Notes: generated by a model not told the origin, from the sequence alone. Shown: positions 9,841 to 19,896, counted from the stretch's first letter. The stretch is 64,000 nucleotides of DNA from Myxococcota bacterium (GCA_028278345.1 JANQEL010000206.1:2341-66340); one strand, 5' to 3'. Made by a program: numbers and translations.

Positions 9841-11183
9841 CAGGGCGAGTCCGACTCGATGTAACCGAGGGCCTTCAAGCGCTCGACCATCTCATCTTCA
9901 CCGCCGGAGACCGAAGCGGCCGAGTCGATGAAGTCGACGGCGAGCCCCTCGTACGAGGCCACCGGTGCGACACCCGACTCCTCCAGGAAGGCCGCGGCCG
10001 TTCCGTCCATGTCACGCGCTTCGGGGAGGCCGAGCCAGCGCAGGAGCGTCGGCGCGATGTCGTTGACGCCGAGCCCCTCGACCACGTGGCCGGCCGGGAT
10101 GCCTGCACCGCGCGCGTAGAAGATCCCGTTGATCGCCTTCTCGGTGTGGTGGTTGCCGGTGAGGCGCATCATCGACTCGTGGGCCTCGAAGCCGTGATCC
10201 GAGAGCACGACGACGAGGTCATCCGGTGCGAAACCCGCGATCAACTCGCCGATCAGGGCGTCTGCGAACTCGTAGTAGCGATAGAGCGCATCGCGTCCAC
10301 CAGCGCGTTCTTCGTCGTCGGGAACCAGGCCATCGCTGTAGTGCTCCGCGGGTTCGAGGACACCCCAGAGGTAGTGGGAGACGCGGTCGATGCCCGGCAG
10401 CAGGAGCAGGGTGAAGTCGGGCTGCTCTTCGCGCAGGATCTCGAGGGTCATCTGGGCGAGGGCGGCGTCCTCTTCGAAGCGCCTCTGCAGTTCGTCGCGC
10501 AGCACCCAGCGCGGAAGCGTGCGTGCCTCGTGGAAGGGGCTCTCGAAATCGGGAAGTGGTGTGGCGCGCGCTTCGATCAAACCCGCCAGGCGTTGATTCC
10601 ATTCGGGCGGGTGGATGACTTCTCCCACCCTGCTCTTCGCGGCACCGACGAGGCGCTCTCTTTCGTCGATCTGGGTGGTGAGGATGTGATCGCTCACCAT
10701 CACACCGTTGATCCGTTCGAGGGGAAAGGTGTTCCAGAAGTTGACGACGGCGACTTCGAGCCCCGCCGCGCTCGCGATCGTCCAGAGCGGGCGCGTTCGA
10801 CGATGGCGACTCGTGTAGAGATGCTGCCGGCCGTCGCGGCCCCCGAAGGAGAAGGTGACGATGCCGTGCTTCTCGGGAACCATGCCGGTCGCGATCGTGT
10901 TCCAGATGCGGGGGCTGTGGATCGGGATGGCCGAACGAAGGGGGCCGTGTGCACCCTCGCTGGCGATCCTTGCGAGGTTCGGCAGGCGGCCTTCGGCGAT
11001 CAACGGATCGACCACGCGGGGTGATGCGCCATCGACTCCGATGACGATGGCGCGGCCACGGGGTGACGGAGTTTCCGGATCCGCGCAGGCGATGGGCAGC
11101 AAGAGGGCCCCGAAGAGCGCGGCGAAGCCGACCCATGGCACCACCGAAGCGAAGCGCGGGTGTCGGATGTCGGGGATAAACAA
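9840..11183 (-). CDS. Alkaline phosphatase superfamily protein (type I phosphodiesterase/nucleotide pyrophosphatase-like), probable lipoprotein
   Basis: VIGVDGAS, SPRIWNTIATG, DRVSH, VLSDHGF and C-terminal ERLKALGYI. Lipobox-like LPIAC. Start is uncertain (TTG 11183 chosen). The rest of ORF 9840..12995 is antisense shadow. Confidence 0.8.
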   Translation of the reverse strand: MFIPDIRHPRFASVVPWVGFAALFGALLLPIACADPETPSPRGRAIVIGVDGASPRVVDPLIAEGRLPNLARIASEGAHGPLRSAIPIHSPRIWNTIATGMVPEKHGIVTFSFGGRDGRQHLYTSRHRRTRPLWTIASAAGLEVAVVNFWNTFPLERINGVMVSDHILTTQIDERERLVGAAKSRVGEVIHPPEWNQRLAGLIEARATPLPDFESPFHEARTLPRWVLRDELQRRFEEDAALAQMTLEILREEQPDFTLLLLPGIDRVSHYLWGVLEPAEHYSDGLVPDDEERAGGRDALYRYYEFADALIGELIAGFAPDDLVVVLSDHGFEAHESMMRLTGNHHTEKAINGIFYARGAGIPAGHVVEGLGVNDIAPTLLRWLGLPEARDMDGTAAAFLEESGVAPVASYEGLAVDFIDSAASVSGGEDEMVERLKALGYIESDSP

Positions 11184-11312
11184 TCGTGTGTCGCCTTCGG
11201 TGCCGTGCGCGAGCAGGATACCCCCCGTGGGGGTAGCGGGCAATTCAAACGGCCGTCGTGGCGAAGGCCTCGAGTGGCTAGGGAATAGAAGGTCGCGCAA
11301 GCTCCCGCTTCG

Positions 11313-13565
11313 ATGAACGCGCCAGCGGACAATCACTCGAGCGGGCACGATCGCACCACGCCCGCGACGTTGGCCGCCGTCTTCGTCGTCACGTTGCTCT
11401 TCCAGCTGCCGTACTTCGACCGCTGGTATGCCCTGCTCGACGAAGGCCACATCCTGATGTTCGCCGACATCGTGGCCAGGGGTGGCGAGATCTATCGCGA
11501 TGCCACCATCTATCCGCTGCCGGGCGCCTTCTATCTCCTCGCCCAGGTCTTCGAGTGGTTCGGTCCTTCGATCCGGATCTCGCGCTGGATCGTGGTCCTC
11601 CAGTTCGCGCTCTTCGTTCCCCTGGTGTTCGTGTGGATGCGCCGTCTCCTCCCCGCCACCTGGGCGTGGCTCGCCGTCGTGGTCCTGTTGATGTGGCGGG
11701 TCTGGTCGTTTCCGCACTGGCAGATGTACAGCTACTCGACCACCGCACTGCTCTTCCTGCTGGGTTCGTCGACGTGTCTGCTCGCGTGGTTCCGCGACGG
11801 GCGCCGCCCGTGGCTGCTCGGTTCGGGGGTGTTGTTCGGCCTCGCCGTCGCGTGCAAGCAGGACTACGGGGCGGGGATGCTGCTGGCTGCGTGCTTCGTC
11901 CTCGGCCTGTGGGCCGCATCGCGACTTCGCGAGGGCGAACCCGGTGTCGGGAACGTGCTCATGGGCTTCATCGCGCCCGGCGCTGCGGTCGGTGCGTTGC
12001 TCGGTGCGTACTTCCTGGTGAAGGGGATCCTGCCCGACCTCGTGCAGATGACGGTCTTCAATCACATGCGCGGGCTCGCGACCTTCGAGTACCCCGCGAT
12101 CCCCGACCTCTGGCCGCTCTTCACGCAAGACCCGGGGCTTCGCGACACCGTGGGCTTCTTCAACTACTTCCCCGGTCTGATCTTCACCCTCGACTCCGAC
12201 GGTGTGCGCAACGGCTTCCTGTTCCGGGAAACCGCGATTCCCGATCTGCTGCTGAAGATCTTCTACTACGGCCCCCACGCGATCGCGGTCCTGGGCGGCG
12301 TGCGCCTTTGGCGCATGCGAAGCGCGATTCGTGAGGCGGCGCGGCGCGAGCGGTTCTTCGCCGAAGCGCTCCTCTACGCCTTCGCGATGGGGATGCTCCT
12401 CGTACTGACGTTGAACAAGCCGCAGGATTACGTGCACTTCGCCGTCGTCTATTGGCCGTTTCCGATGTTGGGGCTGGTCTACCTCCACGGGCTCTTCACC
12501 AGTGAGTCGAAGCGGTCGCGCGCCATGGGTTGGGGCGTGGCCGGTGCGGGCGCGGTGCCCGGGGTATTGCTTTCGATCTACGGCCTGTCGCTGCTCGTCG
12601 AGCTTCGGGCGACGAACACCGTGCCCGTGGCGAGCCCGCGCGCCGGGGTCTACGCGAGCGAAACCGAAGGGCGGGTGCTCGACGAAATCGTCGCCTACGT
12701 CCACGACAACACCGCACCCGAAGATCGCGTCGCGGTGATCCCCTACTTCCCGATCGTGCAGTTCCTGATGGATCGCCTCGGGCCCCATCGCTCGGCCTAC
12801 ATCGTCTGGCCCTTTCCCGAGTTCGAGGATCGCGATGCACGCATCATTCGCGCGATGGAAGCCGACCAGACCGACGTCGTGATCTACAACTTCACGCAGT
12901 TCGTGAACTTCCCGCTGATGAGCGAGTTCGCCCCCGAACTCTTCGCCTACGTGGTCGATCACTACGAGATGGACGAAGTGTTCAGCTACGACCATGCGGG
13001 GTACATGCTCGCCGCCCTGCGTCGGCGGTCAGAGCCCGCCCCCGGTACGCGGCTGGCGAGGGATCCCCAACGCGAAGGCGACGTGTGGATCGAGCACGAG
13101 TTCGGTCCGCGTGAACCCCTGCCTCCGGGCGCGCGTGCGGAGGCCGTGAACAGTGGGCGTTGGCCGTTCCGTCCGGCCATGGCACTTCGGCCCGAGATCG
13201 CGCCGAAGCGAAGTGTCTTGGCCCTCGATGCCGATCTCCCCGCGCAGGCGGCACGGCTCGAGAGCGCATTCGGCGTGAATCCGCGCGCCTGGTTCATGCA
13301 CCCCGCTTCCGAGATCACCTACCGAGTCGACCTCGTCGACGAGGCAGGTCGCGAGCACGCGTTGATCGAGCGCACCCTTCGCCCCCACAACGAATTCGAC
13401 CAGCGAGGCTGGTCGGATTTCGTCCTCGACCTCGGCGCCTTCGCGGGCCAACGCGTACGCCTGCTCTTCTCGACGGCCACCGAACGCGAAGAGGGTGTCT
13501 CGATCTGGGTCGGCGGCTTCGAAGCACCGCGACTCGTCAGCGCGGACTCTGCGACGGAGACCTGA
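11313..13565 (+). CDS. Polytopic membrane protein, putative GT-C fold glycosyltransferase (paralog of 5933..8173)
   Basis: LLDEGHIL...IYRD...LPG...VFEWFGPS, KQDYG, many TM helices, C-terminal beta domain. Confidence 0.65.
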   Translation: MNAPADNHSSGHDRTTPATLAAVFVVTLLFQLPYFDRWYALLDEGHILMFADIVARGGEIYRDATIYPLPGAFYLLAQVFEWFGPSIRISRWIVVLQFALFVPLVFVWMRRLLPATWAWLAVVVLLMWRVWSFPHWQMYSYSTTALLFLLGSSTCLLAWFRDGRRPWLLGSGVLFGLAVACKQDYGAGMLLAACFVLGLWAASRLREGEPGVGNVLMGFIAPGAAVGALLGAYFLVKGILPDLVQMTVFNHMRGLATFEYPAIPDLWPLFTQDPGLRDTVGFFNYFPGLIFTLDSDGVRNGFLFRETAIPDLLLKIFYYGPHAIAVLGGVRLWRMRSAIREAARRERFFAEALLYAFAMGMLLVLTLNKPQDYVHFAVVYWPFPMLGLVYLHGLFTSESKRSRAMGWGVAGAGAVPGVLLSIYGLSLLVELRATNTVPVASPRAGVYASETEGRVLDEIVAYVHDNTAPEDRVAVIPYFPIVQFLMDRLGPHRSAYIVWPFPEFEDRDARIIRAMEADQTDVVIYNFTQFVNFPLMSEFAPELFAYVVDHYEMDEVFSYDHAGYMLAALRRRSEPAPGTRLARDPQREGDVWIEHEFGPREPLPPGARAEAVNSGRWPFRPAMALRPEIAPKRSVLALDADLPAQAARLESAFGVNPRAWFMHPASEITYRVDLVDEAGREHALIERTLRPHNEFDQRGWSDFVLDLGAFAGQRVRLLFSTATEREEGVSIWVGGFEAPRLVSADSATET

Positions 13566-15795
13566 CCTCCGCCGCACTCCGCAGTCGATCGCGCAGGCGG
13601 GTGGTTCGTTCGGCCTGGCCGCGGTCGCGCAGGGCGATCTCGAGGGCCTTGCGCTGGCCGAGCATCACGACGAGTTGGCGGCCGCGAGTCATGCCAGTGT
13701 AGACGAGGTTGCGCCGCAGCATGACGTAGTGGTCGGTCACGATCGGGAGGACGACGGCGGGGTATTCGGAGCCCTGGCTCTTGTGGATGGTGATCGCGTA
13801 GGCGTGGGTGAGTTCGTCGAGCTCGTCCATCGGGTAGCGAAGGGTACGCTCATCGAAGCGCGCCTCGAGGAGTTTCTCTTCCGCGTCGATGCTCTCGACG
13901 CGGCCGATGTCGCCGTTGTAGACGTCCTTGTCGTAGTTGTTGACGACCTGCATCACCTTGTCGCCAGGGCGGAAGGAGAGGAGTTCCTGGCTCGCGCGCT
14001 GGGTCGGGGGCAGCGGATTCAGCAAGCGTTGCAGCTCGATGTTGAGGTTCTGGGCGCCGACCGGTCCGCGGTGCATCGGCGTCAGCACCTGGACGTCGTT
14101 CGCCGGGTCGAGCCCGAAGCGGGCTTCGATGCGCTCCCCGACCACACGCAGCAGGCGCGCGAGGGTGTCTTCGGCATCGCGGGTCTCGATGAAGTAGAAG
14201 TCGCTGCCCTCGACATTCTCGAGTTCGGGCAGGCGCCCCGCGTTGATCGCATGGGCGCCCTGGATGATCCGGCTCTCCGCAGCCTGGCGGAAGATCCGGG
14301 TGAGCTTCGAGACGGCGACGACGCCGCTTTCGATCAGGTCGAGCAACACCTGGCCCGGGCCGACGCTCGGCAGCTGGTCGACGTCTCCGATGAAGAGCAC
14401 CGCACTCGTAAGCGGAACCGCACTCACGAGCGCGTCGAGCAGGCGAACGTCGAGCATCGACGATTCGTCGACCACGAGGAGTTCGCAGTCGATCGGGTTC
14501 TGGGGCCCGCGCTTGAAGCCGCCGGCACGCCCATCGGCTTCGAGCAGGCGGTGGATCGTCTGCGCCGAGCGTCCCGTCGTCTCGGCCAGTCGTTTCGCTG
14601 CGCGACCCGTCGGTGCGGCGAGCTGGATCAGGGTCCCCGCCTCTGAGACCAGCTCGAGGATCGCGCGCACGAGCGTCGTCTTGCCGACACCCGGGCCGCC
14701 GGTGAGCACCATCAGCTTCGACGAGAGTGCGCGTTCGATCGCCTCGCGCTGTTCCGGCGCGAAGGTCAACTCGAACTTCTTCTCACTCGCAGCGATCGCG
14801 GCGCTCGTGTCGCGCACGGGCCACGGCAGCTTTCCCTTCGAGAGCTCGACCAGGCGGGCGGCCGCGCGGACTTCGGCGCGATGGAGTTCGGGAAGGAAGA
14901 GGGTGGTGCGACCCTCGTGTTCTTCGCGAATGAGTTCGCGGTTCCGCACGAGTTCATCGAGGGCGTCGGTCACCAGGGCGGCCGGCACGTCGAGCAACCT
15001 CGCGGCGTCGCTCTCGACGGATTCCCACTGTTGTCCACAGTGCCCCTGCTTGACCGCGTTCCCGAGCACCTCTCGGATGCCCGCTCGCACGCGTGAGGGG
15101 GCGTCGTGTTCGAAGCCCAGGCTGCGCGCCATCGCGTCGGCGGTGGCGAAGCCGATGCCCCGCACGTCGCGAATCAGGCAGTAGGGGTCGCGGCGCAGGG
15201 TCTCGAGGGTGGCGGCGCCGTAGGTCTTCTGGATGCGGATCGCCCGTTGCGTTCCGATCCCGTGCTCGTGGAGGAAGAGCATCACTTCGCGCGCCCCGCG
15301 CTGCTCCTCGAACGCGCGCGAGATGCTCTCGCTGCGCGCCTTGCCCACGCCCGGGATCTCGCGGAGGCGTTCGGGCTCGTGCTCGATCACCTCGAAGACG
15401 CGTTCGCCGAAGTGGTCCACCAGTCGCTTGGCGAACCCCTTGCCGATGCCCGGTACCGCCCCGGATGCGAGGTAGTGCTCGATGCCCTCCCGCGAGGTCG
15501 GTGCCGAGATGCGGATCTCGTCCGCCTCGAACTGGCGACCATGGCGCGGATCCTCGCGGTAGCGCCCCTCGGCTTCGATCCATTCGCCGGCGGAGACGTC
15601 GGCGGTGCGGCCGACGACGGTCGCAAGCGCGCGCCCCTCGCGATCCTTCACGCGAAGCACGCTGAAGCCGGTTTCCTCGCTGTGGAAGGCGATGCGATCG
15701 ACGATCCCCGATACGCGGGTGGCCGCGTCCTTCGCGGCGTCGAAGTCGAGGCGGGTCTGTCGGGTGGCGGACTGGGGTCGCTGGGTCGAGGTCAC
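13537..15795 (-). CDS. recD2: ATP-dependent RecD-like DNA helicase RecD2
   Basis: N-terminal HhH region (PGIGK, PGVGK), LTGGPGVGKTT, APTGRAAKR, VDESSM, GDVDQLPSVGPG, AITIHKSQGSEY. Confidence 0.95.
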   Translation of the reverse strand: MTSTQRPQSATRQTRLDFDAAKDAATRVSGIVDRIAFHSEETGFSVLRVKDREGRALATVVGRTADVSAGEWIEAEGRYREDPRHGRQFEADEIRISAPTSREGIEHYLASGAVPGIGKGFAKRLVDHFGERVFEVIEHEPERLREIPGVGKARSESISRAFEEQRGAREVMLFLHEHGIGTQRAIRIQKTYGAATLETLRRDPYCLIRDVRGIGFATADAMARSLGFEHDAPSRVRAGIREVLGNAVKQGHCGQQWESVESDAARLLDVPAALVTDALDELVRNRELIREEHEGRTTLFLPELHRAEVRAAARLVELSKGKLPWPVRDTSAAIAASEKKFELTFAPEQREAIERALSSKLMVLTGGPGVGKTTLVRAILELVSEAGTLIQLAAPTGRAAKRLAETTGRSAQTIHRLLEADGRAGGFKRGPQNPIDCELLVVDESSMLDVRLLDALVSAVPLTSAVLFIGDVDQLPSVGPGQVLLDLIESGVVAVSKLTRIFRQAAESRIIQGAHAINAGRLPELENVEGSDFYFIETRDAEDTLARLLRVVGERIEARFGLDPANDVQVLTPMHRGPVGAQNLNIELQRLLNPLPPTQRASQELLSFRPGDKVMQVVNNYDKDVYNGDIGRVESIDAEEKLLEARFDERTLRYPMDELDELTHAYAITIHKSQGSEYPAVVLPIVTDHYVMLRRNLVYTGMTRGRQLVVMLGQRKALEIALRDRGQAERTTRLRDRLRSAAEVRSPSQSPR

Positions 15796-15928
15796 GGTGG
15801 CTTCCGGGGGACCGTGCTGGGGGCGTCACCACACTGCGTCGCATGTTCGCGATTCTCACATCCGATCTGTGCGGAGTGTGATTTTCGCATCGGGCTGAAG
15901 CCAAGCCTACCGGGTTTCGTGCGCGGGC

Positions 15929-15957
15929 TAAAGCTTGGGTGGCAGGAGGGCCGAATC
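15929..15957 (+). promoter_or_regulatory. Putative sigma-28-like promoter of the PilZ gene
   Basis: TAAA-N17-GCCGAATC, followed by a GGAGG RBS and ATG 15978. Confidence 0.45.
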
Positions 15958-15977
15958 AGGGGGTTGGAGGGCAAACC

Positions 15978-16451
15978 ATGAGCGACTCGACCCCGGAGAC
16001 CGAAACCTCGGTCGTCGCGGAAATCGAAGCCAAGAAGCAACAGCATCGCCGCGTCAGCGTCCGCGTACCGATCCGCATTTCGTCGGTCGACCCCGAGCGC
16101 GATCCCAAGACGGGCAAGCTCTACTTCTTCACCTCGGAAGAGGTTTCGGCCAACATCTCGCGTGGCGGTGCGTTCGTCGCGACCCCGGAAGACATACCGC
16201 AGGGTCGTCGCGTGCTCGTCGAGATCGACATTCCGAACGGCTCGAACATCCAGACCCTCGGTCGTGTCGTGTGGAAGCGCCTGGGATCGGGCAAGGTCGA
16301 CGTGTCGCCAAACACCCGCCCGGGGGTGGGGATCGAGTTCACCGGGGGTCGCCCGGAGCAGTTGAACGAGCTCGACCGCTATATCACCTCCGCTTCGCGC
16401 CGCCGAACGGCGCCCGCAGACGTGGGCACGAGCAAGCAGCCGACGACCTGA
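15978..16451 (+). CDS. Stand-alone PilZ domain protein
   Basis: RxxxR (RVSVR) and NxSxxG (NISRGG) c-di-GMP motifs, plus GRVVW...GVGIEF. GGAGG RBS. Confidence 0.88.
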   Translation: MSDSTPETETSVVAEIEAKKQQHRRVSVRVPIRISSVDPERDPKTGKLYFFTSEEVSANISRGGAFVATPEDIPQGRRVLVEIDIPNGSNIQTLGRVVWKRLGSGKVDVSPNTRPGVGIEFTGGRPEQLNELDRYITSASRRRTAPADVGTSKQPTT

Positions 16452-16488
16452 AGCCCCGCTCGCTGCCGCGCCCCCAGCCGCGCTCGAC

Positions 16489-17337
16489 GTGTACCATGGG
16501 GACGGACGGCTGAATCCACCACCGCGGATGCACGACTCGATGGCCAGTAGCGAGAAGCAGAGCGAAGTGAACGTACGTGCCCCCGTTCGCGCGATCGTCT
16601 TCGACCTGTTCGACACCCTCGTCGATCTCTACACCGAGAAGCTTCCCCACATCGAGTATCGCGGGCACATGATCCCCGCTTCGGCGCGCGCACTCCACGC
16701 GGCGCTTCCGCATCGCAGCGGCATCGACTTCGACATGTTCGCGAGCACCCTCGCGGAGGTCGACAAGGAGTTCCAGAAGTCCCACTACAAGGAGGGGATC
16801 GAACTCCCGAGCGACACGCGATTTGCCGCGCTCTGCGATCGACTCGGCGTCTCTGATGCAAAGCTTCCGAGCATCATGGCCCACGTTCACATGGGCCTGC
16901 TGCGCGAGCAGGTCGCGATGCCGCTACACCACCTCGGCTTGCTCGGCTCGCTCTCGAACCGCGTGCAGCTCGGCCTGTGCTCGAACTTCAGTCATACGGT
17001 CACGGCCCTCACCATCCTCGAGGACTACGGCCTGCACTCCCACCTCGATGCGATCGTGATCTCGGAAGAGGTGGGCATCCGCAAGCCGCGCACCGAGATC
17101 TTCGAAGCCGTGCTCGACGAACTCGCGGTGGCGCCCGAAGAGGTGCTGCACGTGGGTGACTCGTTGGGGGCCGACGTCGACGGTGCTTCGGCCCTCGGCA
17201 TTCGCAGTGTCTGGATCACTCGCCGGGTGAAGGAACCCGAAACCAGTCTGGAAAACCACGACGGCGCCGCACCCGACTACCAGATCGACGATCTTGCCGA
17301 CCTCGAGTGCATCCTCGACGAAACCTCGACCGCCTGA
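16489..17337 (+). CDS. HAD-superfamily hydrolase (start uncertain)
   Basis: VFDLFDTL, CSN, RKP and HVGDSLGADV motifs. Confidence 0.85.
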   Translation: MYHGDGRLNPPPRMHDSMASSEKQSEVNVRAPVRAIVFDLFDTLVDLYTEKLPHIEYRGHMIPASARALHAALPHRSGIDFDMFASTLAEVDKEFQKSHYKEGIELPSDTRFAALCDRLGVSDAKLPSIMAHVHMGLLREQVAMPLHHLGLLGSLSNRVQLGLCSNFSHTVTALTILEDYGLHSHLDAIVISEEVGIRKPRTEIFEAVLDELAVAPEEVLHVGDSLGADVDGASALGIRSVWITRRVKEPETSLENHDGAAPDYQIDDLADLECILDETSTA

Positions 17338-17340
17338 CTC

Positions 17341-17922
17341 CTAGCGGCCGAAGGTCTCGTGCGCGCCGATCGGGACGCCGGGCGGTGGCCCACCCGCCTG
17401 CAGGGCGAAGTGGTAGAAGAGGATGCCCACGTAGAGGATCAGTGCGCCCCACAGTCCCATCCGTGCGACGCGAAAGTTCTTGTGCACGATCAGGATGACG
17501 AGCCACAGGCCCACGACCACGCACTTCTGAAGCAGGAAGAGCATGTCGTTCGCCTGGATGAGCATGTCCATCAGCGGGTTGCCTTCGCCGCCCCCCATCT
17601 CGAGCCAGCGCAGGGTGAAGAAGGCATCGAGAATGTTCAGGACCAGCACACCGATGGTGAGCATGACGTCCTCGCGCGAGTAGGTGTCGACGTAGATGTT
17701 GTCGCGCTCGCCTGCTCGACGTCCCCGCCGGCGGCGATGGAAGCCCAGCAGCGAATCCCAACCGCGTGTCGGCGCGTCACGTCGATCGGGCGTGCGCCGT
17801 CGATCGACGCCGCCGTGGACGTAGCCTCTGCCCTCGTCGTCGGATGCTTCGACGGGGACGAGTCGAAGTTGGGGTTCGTCTTTGGCCTGGGGGTCGCTCG
17901 ACAACACGCACTCCACGCTCAC
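17341..17922 (-). CDS. DUF5658-like membrane protein (start uncertain)
   Basis: LNILDAFFT...GGGEGNPLM...FLLQK motif with TM helices, preceded by an Arg-rich N-terminus (DRRRTPDRR, RRRRGRR). Confidence 0.65.
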   Translation of the reverse strand: MSVECVLSSDPQAKDEPQLRLVPVEASDDEGRGYVHGGVDRRRTPDRRDAPTRGWDSLLGFHRRRRGRRAGERDNIYVDTYSREDVMLTIGVLVLNILDAFFTLRWLEMGGGEGNPLMDMLIQANDMLFLLQKCVVVGLWLVILIVHKNFRVARMGLWGALILYVGILFYHFALQAGGPPPGVPIGAHETFGR

Positions 17923-17945
17923 GAGAGGGGCACTTCGGTCTTCTC

Positions 17946-17972
17946 CTATCGGCAGGAGCCCGCGAGAATCGA
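17946..17972 (-). promoter_or_regulatory. Putative sigma-28-like promoter of the DUF5658-like gene
   Basis: Minus strand reads TCGA-N15-GCCGATAG, with a near-consensus -10 element. Confidence 0.4.
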
Positions 17973-18074
17973 AGGTTCTCGCACCCGAAAGCGAGGCTCC
18001 GGCGCCTTCGCGCGAGAGTTGCGCGCGTGCGTCCGCCGGGCTGCACACGGTTTACGGGGCGGACGATGCGCCCG

Positions 18075-18485
18075 TCAGTGGATCGCGTTCGGCTGCCGCA
18101 GTTGGAACAGCCGCACTTCCGCCTCGAAGTGGGTGCCGTCTTCTCGGCTCATCTCGTAGGTGCCACTCATCGACCCGAAGGGCGTCTGCAGCGGGCATCC
18201 CGAGGTGTATTCGAACGCCTGCCCGGGCTCGAGCGCGGGCTGTTTCCCGACGACCCCCGGTCCGTGCACTTCTTCGGACTTCCCGGTCGCGTCGAGGATC
18301 AGCCAATTCCGGTTCAGCAGCTTCACGCTCTGATCGGATTCATTGGCGATCGTGATCGTATAGAGGAAGAACCACTGACTCTGTTCCGGCGCGGAGTGCT
18401 CCGCCGAGTAGCGTGCCCGCACGCTGACGCGAACACCGTCGGTCACGGCCTCCGAAGTCGTCACGCTGGTATCTTCTTCCGACAT
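18075..18485 (-). CDS. apaG: ApaG (CorD) protein
   Basis: FLYTITIAN, VKLLNRNWLI, VHGPGVVGKQP, FEYTSGCPLQTPFGSMSGTY. Start re-assigned to ATG 18485. Confidence 0.93.
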   Translation of the reverse strand: MSEEDTSVTTSEAVTDGVRVSVRARYSAEHSAPEQSQWFFLYTITIANESDQSVKLLNRNWLILDATGKSEEVHGPGVVGKQPALEPGQAFEYTSGCPLQTPFGSMSGTYEMSREDGTHFEAEVRLFQLRQPNAIH

Positions 18486-18601
18486 CGGCGCGAAGGCTAG
18501 CAGCTTGGGGTTTCGGGGCGACGGGGAAGCTCGTGACGAGTGCTTTCGCGCTGGTGTTTCGACGTGCAGCGGCATCAGTGTCGTGCACGTGATGTGCAGC
18601 G

Positions 18602-19009
18602 CTACTGCACGATGGTGACCGCGACACTTCGTGCGACGTAGTCGCGTGAGCCGAAGCTTCCGTAGTCGGCCGTCGACTCGATCTGCAGGATCGATCGCGA
18701 GGTGGTCCCCTCGACATGGGTCGAGGAGGAGCACGTCACGGCGACGTCGAAACCGGCGGCCGCGCCTTCGCTCAATGTGAAGGTGGCGGCTGGGCAGCTT
18801 CCCGGCGTGGCCGCCGCCTCGTAGAGCGCCCACTCCGCCCCGCTACGCGCCGCGTGATAGGCGCGCGCGCCCAACAGCGCGAACGAAGAAGTCGACTGGT
18901 GCTCGGCGCCGAGTCGCACCATCACGCTCCCCGCCCCGGCGAGCATCACCAGGATGAACAGTGCGGCGACGAGGGCAAAGCCCCTTCGATGTCGGGGTTC
19001 GAACGTCAT
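18602..19009 (-). CDS. mshP: MSHA biogenesis protein MshP (PilX-like minor pilin)
   Basis: RG|FALVAALFILV prepilin-like N-terminus without E5, ARAYHAARSGAEWA, DYVARS. Last gene of the msh cluster. Confidence 0.8.
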   Translation of the reverse strand: MTFEPRHRRGFALVAALFILVMLAGAGSVMVRLGAEHQSTSSFALLGARAYHAARSGAEWALYEAAATPGSCPAATFTLSEGAAAGFDVAVTCSSSTHVEGTTSRSILQIESTADYGSFGSRDYVARSVAVTIVQ

Positions 19010-19896
19010 GGGCTGTTGTCCACGTGAACCTGGTGCAGGACTCGAACGCGCTCACCGGCATCGGCGAGCACGAGTTCGATGGTGACAAGACCAGCCCGTT
19101 GGGGTGTGCCCGGCGAGTAGTCGAAGCTGCAGTCGTCGACGAGGTCGACCATCAGGACCGAGGTCGCACTCGACAGAGGGGCCGCGCTCGGATTCGTGGG
19201 CTGCAAAGAAGTGATGTCATAGGACCAGTAGCGGGTCAGCGTGTCGCCCGAGAGATCGCAGTCGTAGGTGATCGGCGTGTCGATCACGTAGAGGCGCTGT
19301 TCGGGGGATTCGAAGGCGAACTCGTGAGAGGCCGAGAGGTTGATCTGCTGCTCGTCTCCGTCGGCCGTGATCGTGATGTCGGTTTCGTCGGGGGTCACGA
19401 TGCCGGGATTCGCATCGGTCGCGGCGTCGCTGTAGATCGCGCTTCCCGTGTTGTAGATCGCGATGCGGTGGCCATTGTTGAGCGGCGTACCCAGGGTGAA
19501 CGAGAGGTGCTGAAAGCTGCCGAGGATGTTGAAGTCGGTATCTCCCGCGAACGAGAGGATGTCGCTCGCGGTCGAGTGATCGTTGCCGCCGCCGTTGTCG
19601 CCCGCTTCTCGCCTGTAGCGCGCGCCGTCGACCGCCCGCAGGAATTCGATCGTCTCACCGCCGGCTGCGATGCGCACGCTGTTCGGCAGGGCGCGTCGCA
19701 GATCCCGCGCGATGCGCCGCGAGGCCGCGTCGGCGAAGTCGACGAGTTGCGCCCTGCGGCTCAGGTCGCGATAGCTCGCAAACGGAATCCCGATCAAACG
19801 CGAGAGCCCGACCCCCATGATCCCGACGAGGACGATCGCGATCACGAGTTCGACCATGGAGAACCCGCCGCGCCTGCGATCCTTCGACACCGGCAT
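19006..19896 (-). CDS. mshO: MSHA minor pilin MshO
   Basis: GG|FSMVELV, RIARDLRRALPNSVR, C-terminal GERVRVLHQVHVDNSP. Start ATG 19896. Confidence 0.88.
   Translation of the reverse strand: MPVSKDRRRGGFSMVELVIAIVLVGIMGVGLSRLIGIPFASYRDLSRRAQLVDFADAASRRIARDLRRALPNSVRIAAGGETIEFLRAVDGARYRREAGDNGGGNDHSTASDILSFAGDTDFNILGSFQHLSFTLGTPLNNGHRIAIYNTGSAIYSDAATDANPGIVTPDETDITITADGDEQQINLSASHEFAFESPEQRLYVIDTPITYDCDLSGDTLTRYWSYDITSLQPTNPSAAPLSSATSVLMVDLVDDCSFDYSPGTPQRAGLVTIELVLADAGERVRVLHQVHVDNSP

Noticed and set aside
11184-12995. Apparent N-terminal extension making a 1051-aa AlkP fusion
   Set aside because: It is antisense to the GT-C gene. The real protein begins at the signal/lipobox region near 11183.
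18480-18510. CCAA-N15-GCCGATGT sigma-28-like match at apaG
   Set aside because: The -10 element contains the start codon itself, so this is probably chance. The 61175-61201 match has the same weakness unless that gene starts further downstream.
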